64,000 bases of DNA from Diadema antillarum. Its lineage: Eukaryota. Where the stretch lies: NCBI RefSeq assembly GCF_040938485.1, contig NW_027271809.1:992001-1056000 (forward strand), read 5' to 3'. This document shows positions 39,378 to 51,028 of this stretch, one piece after another. The notes beneath the pieces are model-generated. The model searched no databases. It had not been told where the DNA came from and was given only the letters and a program-made list of their open reading frames with translations. A program made the position numbers and the translations under genes. Position 1 is the stretch's first letter. Every line of letters begins with the position of its first letter.

Positions 39378-39637
39378 TATATTTCCTATCATCAAAAATA
39401 AAACAGAATTCCAGAAATGTATTATGCTGTAAATACCAACTGTTTATTTAAAGAGGACACAATTTTTTCGAGCACCCTGCCCTTTGTCAAGTTATTTTTA
39501 TACTGACAAAGGGCAGAATACCGAAAATTTGTGTTTTTTTCAAAAAACTGCTGGAATTGACAGCATGATACAGTTCTGGAATTCTGCTCTGTTATTGATA
39601 ACATCATTAGACCAACACGAGGACTACGAATTACTAA

Positions 39638-39644
<7 letters not shown>

Positions 39645-39687
<43 letters not shown>

Positions 39688-39960
39688 ACACACTACACAC
39701 ACACACATTATACATGTAATACGGCATGCTATATCACTAATTCGTCCAACTATTTGCAAGAATAATAAAGTGGAAAAGAACGATACGTATTGCGAGTGTG
39801 TGGTCATTAAGGGACGTGAGATAGTATATGATCCGTCTGAGTGTAATGTGGTAGCCACTTGCTGTAGCCACTAGTCTTGTATTAGCCAAAACAATGACAA
39901 GCACATTATGCCTTTGCTTAATTGCATTGTTCCAAAATGCTGCAGTTACAAGCAAGATTT

Positions 39961-40002
<42 letters not shown>
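39645..40002. repeat. Two (CA)n microsatellites (~39645-39705 and 39964-40002)
   Basis: Direct reading; a further CA run leads into the gap at 40122. Confidence 0.95.
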
Positions 40003-40005
<3 letters not shown>

Positions 40006-40121
40006 GTTTCCGTGAATAGGGCCTGAACAACCTTACTAATCTGTGTCTACATGGTTGTTATCAATTTTAGTATGTGCTGTTTTTATGCTAATCACATACA
40101 TGTATAGCCAAATGCACACAC

Positions 40122-40295
40122 NNNNNNNNNNNNNNNNNNNNNNNNNNNNNNNNNNNNNNNNNNNNNNNNNNNNNNNNNNNNNNNNNNNNNNNNNNNNNNN
40201 NNNNNNNNNNNNNNNNNNNNNNNNNNNNNNNNNNNNNNNNNNNNNNNNNNNNNNNNNNNNNNNNNNNNNNNNNNNNNNNNNNNNNNNNNNNNNNN
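40122..40295. other. Assembly gap (N run)
   Basis: 174 N. Confidence 0.99.
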
Positions 40296-40971
40296 CACGG
40301 ACAGAGGGAATCGATTCGAATTGTCGCTAGAATTATGTCGGTGTCAAATCTTACTTTGTGTATTGGTGACGAAAAAAATGTCATCTCAGAGACGACATAA
40401 AATCATGAAAACGACCAGCACATTTCGGTTTACGTTATTAATGTAATTCATTATGATATTATCAATCATGTGATACATGTACCTATATAGATGAATCCGA
40501 CTTCAGAGCATGGTAAATTATAGCGGCCATAACTTGAGGCTTGCAAAGAAAAACAAAAGCACTTTCAATGGGTTATGCAAGGAATGAGCCAGGTTCGTTG
40601 CTATGTCAGTGCATAAATTACCTTTTGTTAGCCATACTTGAAGCCCCCAGTTAGAAATTACCATAAAAACAGTACCTAAACCGAATTGGTCTATATGAGT
40701 TCGAGATTCGACTAGTATACAAGTTTATCTATCTTTGATTGAATCATTTGAAAATGACTTTCGGGCTGGTATATGTAGCCTACTATTTAACTCAAAACAA
40801 ACAAGGTCAATGTATAGCTGCCTGATCCATTTCTATACATATCGGAATAACTCTTGTTAAATCGATATCAGCATCCGCAAAAGCTTTGCAAATTTAATCG
40901 TACGCTTTTAATTTCCCCCCTCTCTCTCTCTCTCTCTCTCTCTTCCTCTGACGTGAAAAGGCATCCTTCAA

Positions 40972-41104
40972 CAGTGGCGGATCCAAGGGGGGGGGGGCGC
41001 ACTGGACGCCCCCTTTTTTTCTTTGTTAAAACAAAAGAAATAAAAATAAAAATTTAATTTTGGAAAGGCGCCCTCTCTTTACGGAATTCCTGGATCCGCC
41101 CCTG
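40972..41104. mobile_element. CAG-ended GGATCC mini-MITE
   Basis: CAGTGGCGGATCCA ... TGGATCCGCCCCTG. Flanks TTCAA/TTCAC match 4 of 5 bases. Confidence 0.75.
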
Positions 41105-42992
41105 TTCACGTTATACTTCAAGATAAGCGACGTTGCCTTGCCACATGAATACGACAGTCTGCATGCGAATTCGAAGACGAAACACTTGTGTGTGGTGATT
41201 CAGCAGCCGAGTGCATGGACGACTGATTAAATGATATTAACAACGCAAACATCTTATCACATCTACACGGAAGATGTTTGCACCATACAAGAGAACTCGG
41301 TCAGATCACAGACAACGCTGAATGGTACTATACTGTAATACAATATACCTTGTAATAGCCAATGAAGGCAGTCATCGGTTTATCAGCTTTTATTGCATTG
41401 TGTATCAAGTTTGAAACATTTGGCCCAACATCGGTTAAAAAATAATCGAACAGATGGACATGGTACAGAGTGTCTACTCAATAACATAATTACATAATTA
41501 CACTCTTACTGTAGTGTAGTAGTCCAGTGCCCTGTTTTATCAAACGAAACATGTATAATCGATTTTAAATTTCCTTAACACACAGGCTGCCATAGACTTA
41601 TAATAGAAATCAACTTTATAATCAATTTTAACTCTTCATAAAACAGGGCACTTTGCTGATAGTCGAATTCATGACGAACATAGCACCACATGATCCAGTT
41701 TTGTTCACTGGTTTGTTGTTTGTTTGAGAGTTAAACCAGCTTTGAGTGATAAACTAAAAATATGTTATAGGAAATGTGAAACCAGTCACATCTGATTCAA
41801 ATTCATCCTAAATATGCATGTATACTATAGAGCGGAAAGAGTCAAATACACCTTGAGATACAACCTCTTGTCTCCAACGGACTTGACCAAATTTTTTTGT
41901 ATGAATAGCTTTAAAGACTTCAAATCTGATGTGTCCGCAGTGCGATGCACATATAAATCATATTGACCGCCTTGAGGCTCACATTTTGAAATCAGGTAGA
42001 ACTGTTTTCACCAATTTCTGATCCACGGCAGAAGAATGTCAGTACAGAGCTGCACTGTATTCTGTCAATGACGACGAGGGGCATTTTATACGGGTAATGG
42101 TAGCAGAAAATTTTTAACAAGCAATTCTCCTTACCACTATATAGGGACCAATAGTCACACACAACTTCAAAATTCTCTGTTGACTATGCAGACTTGAGTC
42201 TTCTCAAAATACCTGTTTTTTATCTTCACCGATTATTGAGATGACTCTGTTTAAGTTCCTGCCTCATCCAACGTCGGTAGCATTTCCAATACAGCCCGAG
42301 TTTTGAATTGTTGTCAAATTTTAGTCGGATAGCAAGGCTACACATGAAAGAAGGTATTACAGTGAGTTTGAACGACCATTGTGTTAAAGGTCTCCCACAG
42401 TTTTCAAGGCAGCAGAAAAAATCTGACGCTATATGACTTGCGGCTTGCCTTGTCTTGGAAACATATAAGCAACAATGGTAAAATACTCTATAGGTATTCT
42501 GTGAGTCAAGATTTTCCAAGTTGTGAGTCATACCAAGGAGGTATACGTGTTCTCTCGTACCCCCTTGGTCATACAATGCTTGTTTTCTGAAACAAAATTC
42601 TAAAATGGAAGTACTGACTAACATTCGTATTTATAATTACCTTATTGAAATGGATGAATACAGTCATGGTCAAAAAAATACCAAAATGATCATATTTTTA
42701 AGACAGGGATCGAATCTTTTAATTCGACATTTTTATTGCCCGAAATAAAAGCATAACAATCCATCTTGAAACCTAGTTGCCCGATCGGGCCGCCAAAAGA
42801 TAACTTTTCGGGCAGTTTGGTGGACCAACATTAGATTTTAGGGGCCCCGGGTCACCACGACTAATGTCGAGTCCTGTTGTAGGTAATCAAGCTAACTCAT
42901 GTGATTTTCGATTGTGTTCTGTGTGTAAGTCTAAATATTGAGACCGTACTGCAAATTTCCGAATAAAAGCATGATAGTTTGAATGCGATACG

Positions 42993-43285
42993 GGTCCATG
43001 TCACGAGTTTGACATCCGCGAATCATACACCCAACGAGTCATACAGCCATGAGTCATACAGCCCATGAGTTATACAGCCCACGAGTCATAGGTCTACAAC
43101 TCATAAGTTTGACACTAAGCAAAAAGGGCCTACGAGACCGACACACTAAGCCCCATGTTGTAATGTCGAACTCGCGGGCTGTATCTACTTCGTGTCGAAC
43201 TCATGGGCTGTATGACTCATGGACTTTTTTCAATGCCAAACTCTAGGGCTGTTTGACTCGTTAGTGTCGGTCTCGTGGGATGACC
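42993..43285. mobile_element. Small foldback element just downstream of the first GT31 gene
   Basis: Imperfect TIRs GGTCCATGTCACGAG / GGTCATCCCACGAG. A perfect internal 21-bp inverted pair lies at 43051-43071 and 43198-43218. A related start GGTCATCCCAC occurs at 20944. Confidence 0.65.
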
Positions 43286-43339
43286 TATTATAGACTACCA
43301 CAACCAATATGACAATGAGTACGCAACGAGTTGACGCAT

Positions 43340-44512
43340 TCATTTGGTACCAGGACTTTTGAGTTTCCCGACGGCCCACATAATGCGCATGAATCTGTAA
43401 TCCAAGTTCGTCACGACCACGTATGACCTCATCCTCCGCACGACCACGAGGTACTTCCGCCTCTCGTCCACGCTGTCGAAAGAAGGAATCCAGAGAAATC
43501 GATGATACGTGGTGTTATCCATTTTTACGTTGAGCTTCGCGAGGCAGAAGCCGACAAAGACATCTTCCCACGGAAAAATGGGCGTGGTCAGAGCCGTTTG
43601 GTAGCTGGCTTCTACCAAGTCTGTGGAGAGGATGTAGCCAGGTCCGTTGAGGTATGGAGGGTAAGTAGGAAGAGGGTAAAAGTCCTCGGAAAGGAAGAAC
43701 TTGGCATCTGGATTACGAAACACTGGAGATTGCACCATCACCTTGCCGGCAGTCCAGTTGGTCGGCGACGATTTGTCGAGGATGCTCAAAAGACGGGTCT
43801 GGCTGATCATCGAGTCGTCGTCGATTTTCATCATCAGCTGCGCATGGCGGCAGAAGTTCGTCACCCACTTCAGAGCCATGGTGGTCTTTAGCGTTAGGTT
43901 TTCGTAGACGTCGACGAAACTCTCCTGCACGATATCGCCATATTTTTCTGCCTCCTTGTTGATGAATCGTTGTATGGTTGCGTTGCTAGTCGAGCCAAGC
44001 AGAAAGATCCGTTTATAGCTGCCCCGAGCATGCAGGGGCCATGCGCTTGGACTACCATAGGTTTCGCGAACCACCCGGCGCCTCCAGGAATTTTTCGGCG
44101 CTGTAACTACGACGAAAATCACGAATACTTTTTCTTTGGTGTTGCCTGCTGTCATGCAGATGTTTGCCGGGTTGTGCAGATAGGCGTAGTTGTGCTCGTC
44201 GGCATGTCTTTCCAGATAAGATTTCTTTGGCTTTTCTTGTATAGTTCCGCCATCTTTTATTTGCGCAGTTTTGTTTAGAGTCGAGGGTTGCACTGAATGA
44301 TGAACAAGGAGTGAATCTTCATCGGAACGATGTAGTCTACTACCCTGTATTAATCTGTGATTGGATACGGCTTGGAACATCCCGGGAAACTGAATATGTT
44401 TTGGATATTTTCGTCTGGTCGACCGACTCCTCAGGTGCACGAAACAGTAGAAGGCGATCTGCCCGAACAACAGCAAGCAGGCAAGGCGGGCTGGCAAGGT
44501 TCGTACGTTCAT
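43340..44512 (-). CDS. Beta-1,3-galactosyltransferase-like (GT31) type II membrane protein, paralog A, 390 aa, intronless CDS
   Basis: N-terminal signal anchor, RRVVRETYG, IFLLG, YGDIVQESFVDVYENLTLKT, KIDDDS (DxD), YPPYLNGPGY and WEDVFVG. The ATG at 44512 directly follows a polypyrimidine tract and CAG acceptor. Confidence 0.92.
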   Translation of the reverse strand: MNVRTLPARLACLLLFGQIAFYCFVHLRSRSTRRKYPKHIQFPGMFQAVSNHRLIQGSRLHRSDEDSLLVHHSVQPSTLNKTAQIKDGGTIQEKPKKSYLERHADEHNYAYLHNPANICMTAGNTKEKVFVIFVVVTAPKNSWRRRVVRETYGSPSAWPLHARGSYKRIFLLGSTSNATIQRFINKEAEKYGDIVQESFVDVYENLTLKTTMALKWVTNFCRHAQLMMKIDDDSMISQTRLLSILDKSSPTNWTAGKVMVQSPVFRNPDAKFFLSEDFYPLPTYPPYLNGPGYILSTDLVEASYQTALTTPIFPWEDVFVGFCLAKLNVKMDNTTYHRFLWIPSFDSVDERRKYLVVVRRMRSYVVVTNLDYRFMRIMWAVGKLKSPGTK

Positions 44513-45479
44513 GCTGAAAAAACAAGCAAACAAACAAACAAACCACGTTGGCAAAGGGCTATTCATTTCCATTAAAAAGAATGCTAGAATAAATCTTTCA
44601 TGCAGTATAACACTTTGAATTCACATTCACATCCATTTCTCACAGAAATTCCATTACAAATAACGAGCAACGATTACCATTTATTTCATAATTTCAAAGT
44701 CATACTTTTACTTTAAATTAGACACTGCTGCAGCGAACGTCTTAAAGGGAAGCTCCGGATAATTTTTAGATTTTTGCATGTGAACATCTATAGATTAGTC
44801 AAACTAGGTACTGAGAGTTACAGAATGTAAAGTGATTGGGATAAGGAATATAAATGTTTTCAAAATTTATAAGAAATCACAATGAACAAAGGTGGTAACA
44901 TAGCAGCTTCACATAAGAATGCATGATTGGATGCTCAAAGAAGCAGAACAAGCCTCGGACAAACTTTCAGGTTGTCGCGAACAACCTTTGATTAAAAGGT
45001 ACGTCTAGAACTTTAATAGGTAACAAAAACCGGCCACATGTATTCAATTAGACTATGTTACAGTGTATCATACGCAAACCCCTGATTGATATGGAGGGAA
45101 AAAAATGGTCCATATCATGGCTGAATATTTAAGAAATCCATCTATGGCCTTTGAAAGAGTTTCATAGGTATATACGTGTGATACACCTATTCACGTTGAC
45201 CCAAGCCCATGTCTTCATCCAATGCTATCCACAACCTAACGCCCCCGGGACGCTGTAACCAGTTACACGAACGTGTCGGGGTCGCTTATGCGGTTAACCG
45301 TTATCCACAACCATAATTCTAAGCACCCCTGCACCTCCAACCCACATTTACTGCCTAATGTCTATTTCTGTAGAAGTTTAAGCCTTGGGGCCAATGTCTG
45401 TAATCAATAATGCATCATTGTTTGCAACCCCGTTTCTTCAACCAATAAACAGTGCAGGCTATATTATATCGTTTCTGCA

Positions 45480-47100
45480 TTGGCGTAGCCGGGGGGGGGG
45501 GGGGGGGGGCGATGGGGCGGTCGCCCCCCCCCCCCCCCTAAGATTTGGACCGGGGATTTGCGAGGCGAAAAAAAAAAATGCGTGTATACTGTATTATGCA
45601 TGCACATGAAGCGGGTCTCCTTTTCAAACTTTCATCAAATAAGTTCATTTTTTTTAATATTTCACTCAAAGTGTGCACCAGATTGTTGAATTTCAATTCA
45701 AAATATGCAAAATCTCTCGTGCTTGGGAGGGGGTATCCCCTCCCAAACCCTCCCCCTCTGTGCCTGTTTCCCTAGCCTTAGTGCTCTTTTTAGGGCACAT
45801 GAGACTTATCACTTATATTCCGAAAACTCAAAGTTCCCTCATGTACAAGGGGAATCTCCCCTTTTAATCGACCCATTCCTCCCTCATTCCCCCCCCCCTC
45901 ACATCAGTTTTTTTTTAAATGATTTCCGAAAATATTCCGTCAAATATGCGTATACGAGCTATCTCAATTTCAACCTTAAAAAGGCAAAGCTCCATCGTAC
46001 GGGAAGGGTGGAGATAACACTCGCCCACGCCTTCTCCCTGCTCGCCCGCCTCGCCGCCCGCCCCTCCCCCCCCCCCCCAATGCATAGAAGTAGACTGTGA
46101 CTACACTTTGACGCGAAATGTGTGCACCAAAACGTTTAACTGCAATCAGAAAATTATACAGAATCTCCTTCCACACACTTGCTACACTTCTCTTCTGATT
46201 GAAAATTTCCAGATATTCCAACAAAAGTGTGCGCCAGATTGTTGAATTTCAGTTCAAAAAGCTTAAAACTGAAAAAAAAAGAGGCTCCCTTGAATATGGG
46301 AGAGCAGGGGCGGATCCAGGAATTCTGTAAAGGGGGGCGTGACTAATATTTCTGGTGCCACTTCCGGGTTTCATTTCTTTTTTTTCTTTTTATTTCTTTT
46401 ATTTTAACGAGAAATAAAGGGGGGGGGGGCGTGCGCCGCTTGCGCCCCCCTCTGGATCCGCCACTGGAGAGGTATCTTGCCACTCTTCCATTGCTTGTTA
46501 CCCACTTTAGACTTAGTACATTTTTTGGGATGACAATTTCCGAATTTTCCACAAAAAGTGTGCTCCAGATCGCTTTATTTCAATTCTTAAAACGTAAAAG
46601 CTCCGCCGAGCGGGAGGGGGAAATCCCCCTTCCCCTAAGCTCTTCCTCACTAGACTGTTTGTACATACACACAGATGATGCACATTCGGAATAAGAGCTA
46701 AATTCCGTGATTTTAACACTTCGATGAAAAAGTATTGCACCAAAAATTTGCACCAGATCGCTGAATTTAAGGTCTGGAAATGCACAATCACCTTCGTGTG
46801 GGAGGGGAAATGCCCCTATCTACACCCTCGTGTGCATGCTTTTTCTGTTTGATTGCTGAACAGACGGCGTTCATGATATTCAGTGTAAGAATTAATACAA
46901 TTAATACAAGACATTTATTTCAATGATACCATATTTTATAGCCAAATTGTTCAATGATAATCGACATGAAAATATATTGCTACCTTAAACAAGTGGGACT
47001 GTTTCAATTCGATAAAACGCGCAAAAACATGCATCAAATTGCACCATTTACAACATCAAAATGCAAAAAGTTCTTACCGAGGGAGGGGGGACACCCTGCT
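45480..47100. repeat. Cluster of related GC-rich interspersed repeat fragments
   Basis: AAAGTGTGCACCAGATTGTTGAATTTCA...GGGAGGGGG...CCCCT variants at about 45668, 46223, 46555, 46745 and 47030, with poly-G/poly-C tracts. A reverse-strand copy is near 49330-49420. Confidence 0.7.
46305..46466. mobile_element. CAG-ended GGATCC mini-MITE with 5-bp TSD
   Basis: GAGAG|CAGGGGCGGATCCAG ... CTGGATCCGCCACTG|GAGAG. Confidence 0.82.
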
Positions 47101-49246
47101 TTATTTGGACGTGTCTAGTAGAGGAACACAACAATGTTTGTACAATGCACATCTTATTTTAATTCCAAAGATGCCGTTATTCTACAATATTGGCAATTCT
47201 GGTGATTTTCCCGCTGCAAGTTCCCAAACGAGACAGATTCACAAATAGCAGATTGTTCTTCTATACATACATATGCCTGTATAATGTACATTCGTAACAC
47301 AATCAGTGCAAGCCTGCACTGCACGTTCACGTTTTTATCAAATTGTCTTGGATAGGAACAATAGTAGCAAAGCGCAAATATCAAATGCATTTAAATTTAT
47401 GAGTTGTGGGCGTAAATCAATTGATTTACCTTCCACTGTAATGTCATGAGGACATGAAAATTTGATATCAACAAGGAAAATGAAAAACATAAAAAGATAT
47501 AGCCAATAACCGGAGGGAATGCTGGGACGCAGTACATCAAGCAATATTTAGTGTCGTCGCCCCCGGACTGTTTCAACATTACAGCAACGGGTCAGTCTGG
47601 ATGTAGCCAAGTGACACGGCATAGTATTATAACAGCGACTCTCATAACTCACGTGACGGTCTGCATTCATCGATGTCTATGAAGTCGCCGATGCACACGT
47701 CTGCCTCCTCCGTGAGCTCTTCGTTCATTCATTCACCCTCATGACAATTTACACCTATTCGTCGCCATGGTCATATCAAGTCAGTGGTTCGTAATTCCGT
47801 AGATCAAGTTTGGTCAGCTCTATATAGTAGGGTGAACGCACATTCAGACCACGAGCCATCGTTTGAGAGTTGTTTACTTGTGCAAAGAGCTGCGTACAGT
47901 TGATTATGAATGAGTTTCCACTCAAAAGAATTTCTTCAGCACTTACCCTCTTCCAAACAATACAACTGCCGAAAAAAATCCCTCCCGTAGATGTGTTATG
48001 TTCACCCGGCCATTGTTCCACCACCTGTGAGTCGTTGTTATTTTCGCTCTTTCGCATCCTTAAAATCGATTATGTGGACAACGGCTTTGCAGGGTGTCGG
48101 AGGAAGGTAGAATGTATTGTCCTTCGCGGGAACGACCACTTTACTATTCAGGCAACCAAGTTCATCAGTCGACTCCTTTCGTTTTTCAGAGCAACAGACA
48201 TTTTTATCAACGCAACTATTCGAGAGTAATGCATCTGACTTCAAAATGAAAGAAAGTATCCGCTTGACCGTTCTGGGACCTCTCCCTTAAATTCCATCGG
48301 TATTTTAAGAAACATTGGGCACATTTTTTTAGGGCTTTAATAAAGTACAATGCGAGGGAGGAGGTAATCGATCGGATTTGATCAATACAATCTGACTCAA
48401 ACGATACGTGAGGTCAAAAAAGGAACTGATGTGTGACCGTACCCTCACCTCGAGTTTGCTGAACTTGCTACTTTGTGACGTCACCACTCAGGTACGTGGG
48501 TGCAAAAGTACGTAGACAGAACTCTAAGGTAGACCTAGATTGACCGATTCTTGATTCTTACCGCTCATACATCTATCTCATTCATAGAACTTTTTAATTT
48601 ACAAATGTATTCAAGTTCATATTCCACAGATATTACGAGGACTAGGCATGCTAAGTGCAGAGTTTTGAAACTAATGTTCCTGTTGAAAACGTTTTCATAG
48701 GGCAGTTTACCAACGGTGGCTGGACCTAAGAAACAAGATAACCGGTCCACCTGTACATACTCATAGCATCATGATATTTGGAATGCAATAGGCATGCATT
48801 TGCCATTCCTATGTCGGGCAATGTCTCGGCAAACTTTCTACATTGAAAGAACGCCCTTTGTCATACCTGAAAGATAGGCCCCATGCGTACACGATGATGT
48901 AAAATAGCAAAATAAGTTACATTGGAATCCAATTTGCATTAATCGACTGTTGCTCTGTCGGACAACACTCTGGAAATCCTTCTCAAAGAAACTTATTTGT
49001 TTGAAAGGTGTCCGAGAAATTCGACTCCGTTTGTAAACTGATCTATTGAAAATATGGAAAGGTCTAGAGTAAAAACTCCTGTATGCGGCAGGGTGCCTAT
49101 TTGTGGCAGGGCAGTTTCATTCATGGGTAAAACAGCTAATGAACATCTTGTGTGCTTAGTCCCACTTTAGAACACAAGCAGGAGTTACTCGCAAGTGTTA
49201 TGTTGGAAGTTACACGGGATTGGGCCCTTTCAGCAATGAATGAAAG

Positions 49247-49633
49247 CAGGGATGCCAAGTTCAAAAAGATTTTATGAGTGAGATTTTCATGACTCGGCAT
49301 CTCGGCATGCGAATGTGCGCGCGAGCGAGGGTGTGGGAGGGGTCTTTTCCCCCTGTGGCCTCCCACGGTAGGGAGCTTTTTCAATTTTGAGCTCTTAATG
49401 GTGCGATCAGGTGCATACTTAAGTGACTATTTTTTACTTATTTTGAAAGACAAAAGGGAAATATACCTTCAATTGCAACTATCACTTAAATCTTTTGAGC
49501 TATGCTCATTATAATAGGCCCAAGTTGCAGACTTCGCCCGATGCGTGTGAAAAATGGGTGTCATGCGTGAGATCGTGAGATGGACCCTAAATGCTTGAGT
49601 CTCACGCAGAATACGTGAGACTTGGTAGCTCTG
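49247..49633. mobile_element. hAT-like MITE with apparent 6-bp TSD
   Basis: TGAAAG|CAGGGATGCCAAGT ... ACTTGGTAGCTCTG|TGAAAG. Confidence 0.68.
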
Positions 49634-50497
49634 TGAAAGGGCCCCTCACGCAAGTAGACACCATGTACAAAACCTGCCACAAACAGGGTTGTTTAATCTA
49701 TAAGGAGTTAAATAGTAGAACCCAAAAGGTTGTTACTATGTATTAGTGATATACATTAGTTGATATGTATTCAACACACATCACATTCTCTTTTTGTTCA
49801 TACCCTTGTGTACGTAATGGTCTTTCCGCTTATTTCTTATTTGTACTATAGCACTAATATTGTGCTATATAATACAGTATAGAAACAAAGCAAATACAAG
49901 AACAACATACCCTGAATGCGTGGATAAAAGAATGAATGCTAAATCTACCACTATGGGCGAAAGAGAAGATGTTACGCTGTAATAAACGTGAAAAGAGCAC
50001 ACAATCAAACACTTCTGATAAAATAACTGTTTTAATTAAACCCATATAACGGAGATATCTGACGAAAATATCTAACGAGAACATGAAAAATAAAATTGAA
50101 CATTCTTTAAATCATTAAGTAATGCTAAAATATTCCAAAAGTCTGACAGGACCACTATAAAGACTGTAAAAACATATGAAATACGTTGAAAATCACCACA
50201 TAAACGATTGTTCAGGATACCACTTTTGTCGCGGAGAGACAGAAACGGTACCATACCTGCTGGCGAAAGCTCATCTTTAATTACACTTCATTACTGATTC
50301 ATGGCGAAGTTAAAAAAAAGACATAACATGAACAAGTGATTATTATGTACACAAAAAATGGGGGCAATTAAACGCCAATGAAGCGAAACAGTAGACTATT
50401 TCAGACCTTATTAAAGTTGTTTGTTCGTACTGGCAATTGCATCGTTGTGTATTTGGAAAGATGATCAAGCTTGCAGCATGCTGAAATTATGCCATTA

Positions 50498-51028
50498 CAC
50501 TGCAAAAAGTCCGGTGTTAAATAGTGAACACCGAGCTGGTGTTAAATTTTCGGAGCTCATTTATGGTGTTGAATTAACACCTCCGGGTGTCATTTCCAAA
50601 TTTTAAACTGTTTTTTGAAGAGTTTCTTAGTAACTGCACTTCTTGTTGATTTTTAATTTAAACAAGACGATCAAGAATTTTACATTAAAATACTAGATTT
50701 TTGAAAAAATGTGAAAATAAATTTACACCAAAGTAAGACCAGCTGGTGTGGTATCTTATTGAAGCTGTACGGGTGTTAAACCATTGATATTAACACCAAC
50801 AAATATCAAATCAACACCATGTGGTGTCATTTTTTAATTAACACCAGTACAGTGTCAAAATAACACCAGGTACAGTGTCAAATTAACACGACGAAGTGTC
50901 AGGTGAACACTTTTCAACACCATCACAGTGCATTTTTAACACCTGTGGGTGTGGTCCTCTATTGAAGTTTGATCGGTGTTAGATTTAACACCCGTGGTGT
51001 TAAATCTAACACCGATGTTTTTACAGTG
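50498..51028. mobile_element. CACTG-ended (EnSpm/CMC-like) non-autonomous element
   Basis: TA|CACTGCAAAAA ... TTTTTACAGTG|TA with many internal AACACC/GGTGTT repeats in both orientations. Confidence 0.78.

Noticed and set aside
39422-39858. VCVC/THTH ORFs
   Set aside because: (CA)n microsatellite translations.
42704-42876. Possible hAT MITE (CAGGGATCGAA...TCGAGTCCTG)
   Set aside because: TIR match is weak and no TSD is visible.
44513-44572. 20-aa N-terminal extension of GT31-A (also 56802-56837 for GT31-B)
   Set aside because: Overlaps a polypyrimidine tract and AG acceptor, so most likely intronic or UTR.
44746-45150. Possible Kolobok element starting TTAA|AGGG
   Set aside because: No convincing matching right TIR found.
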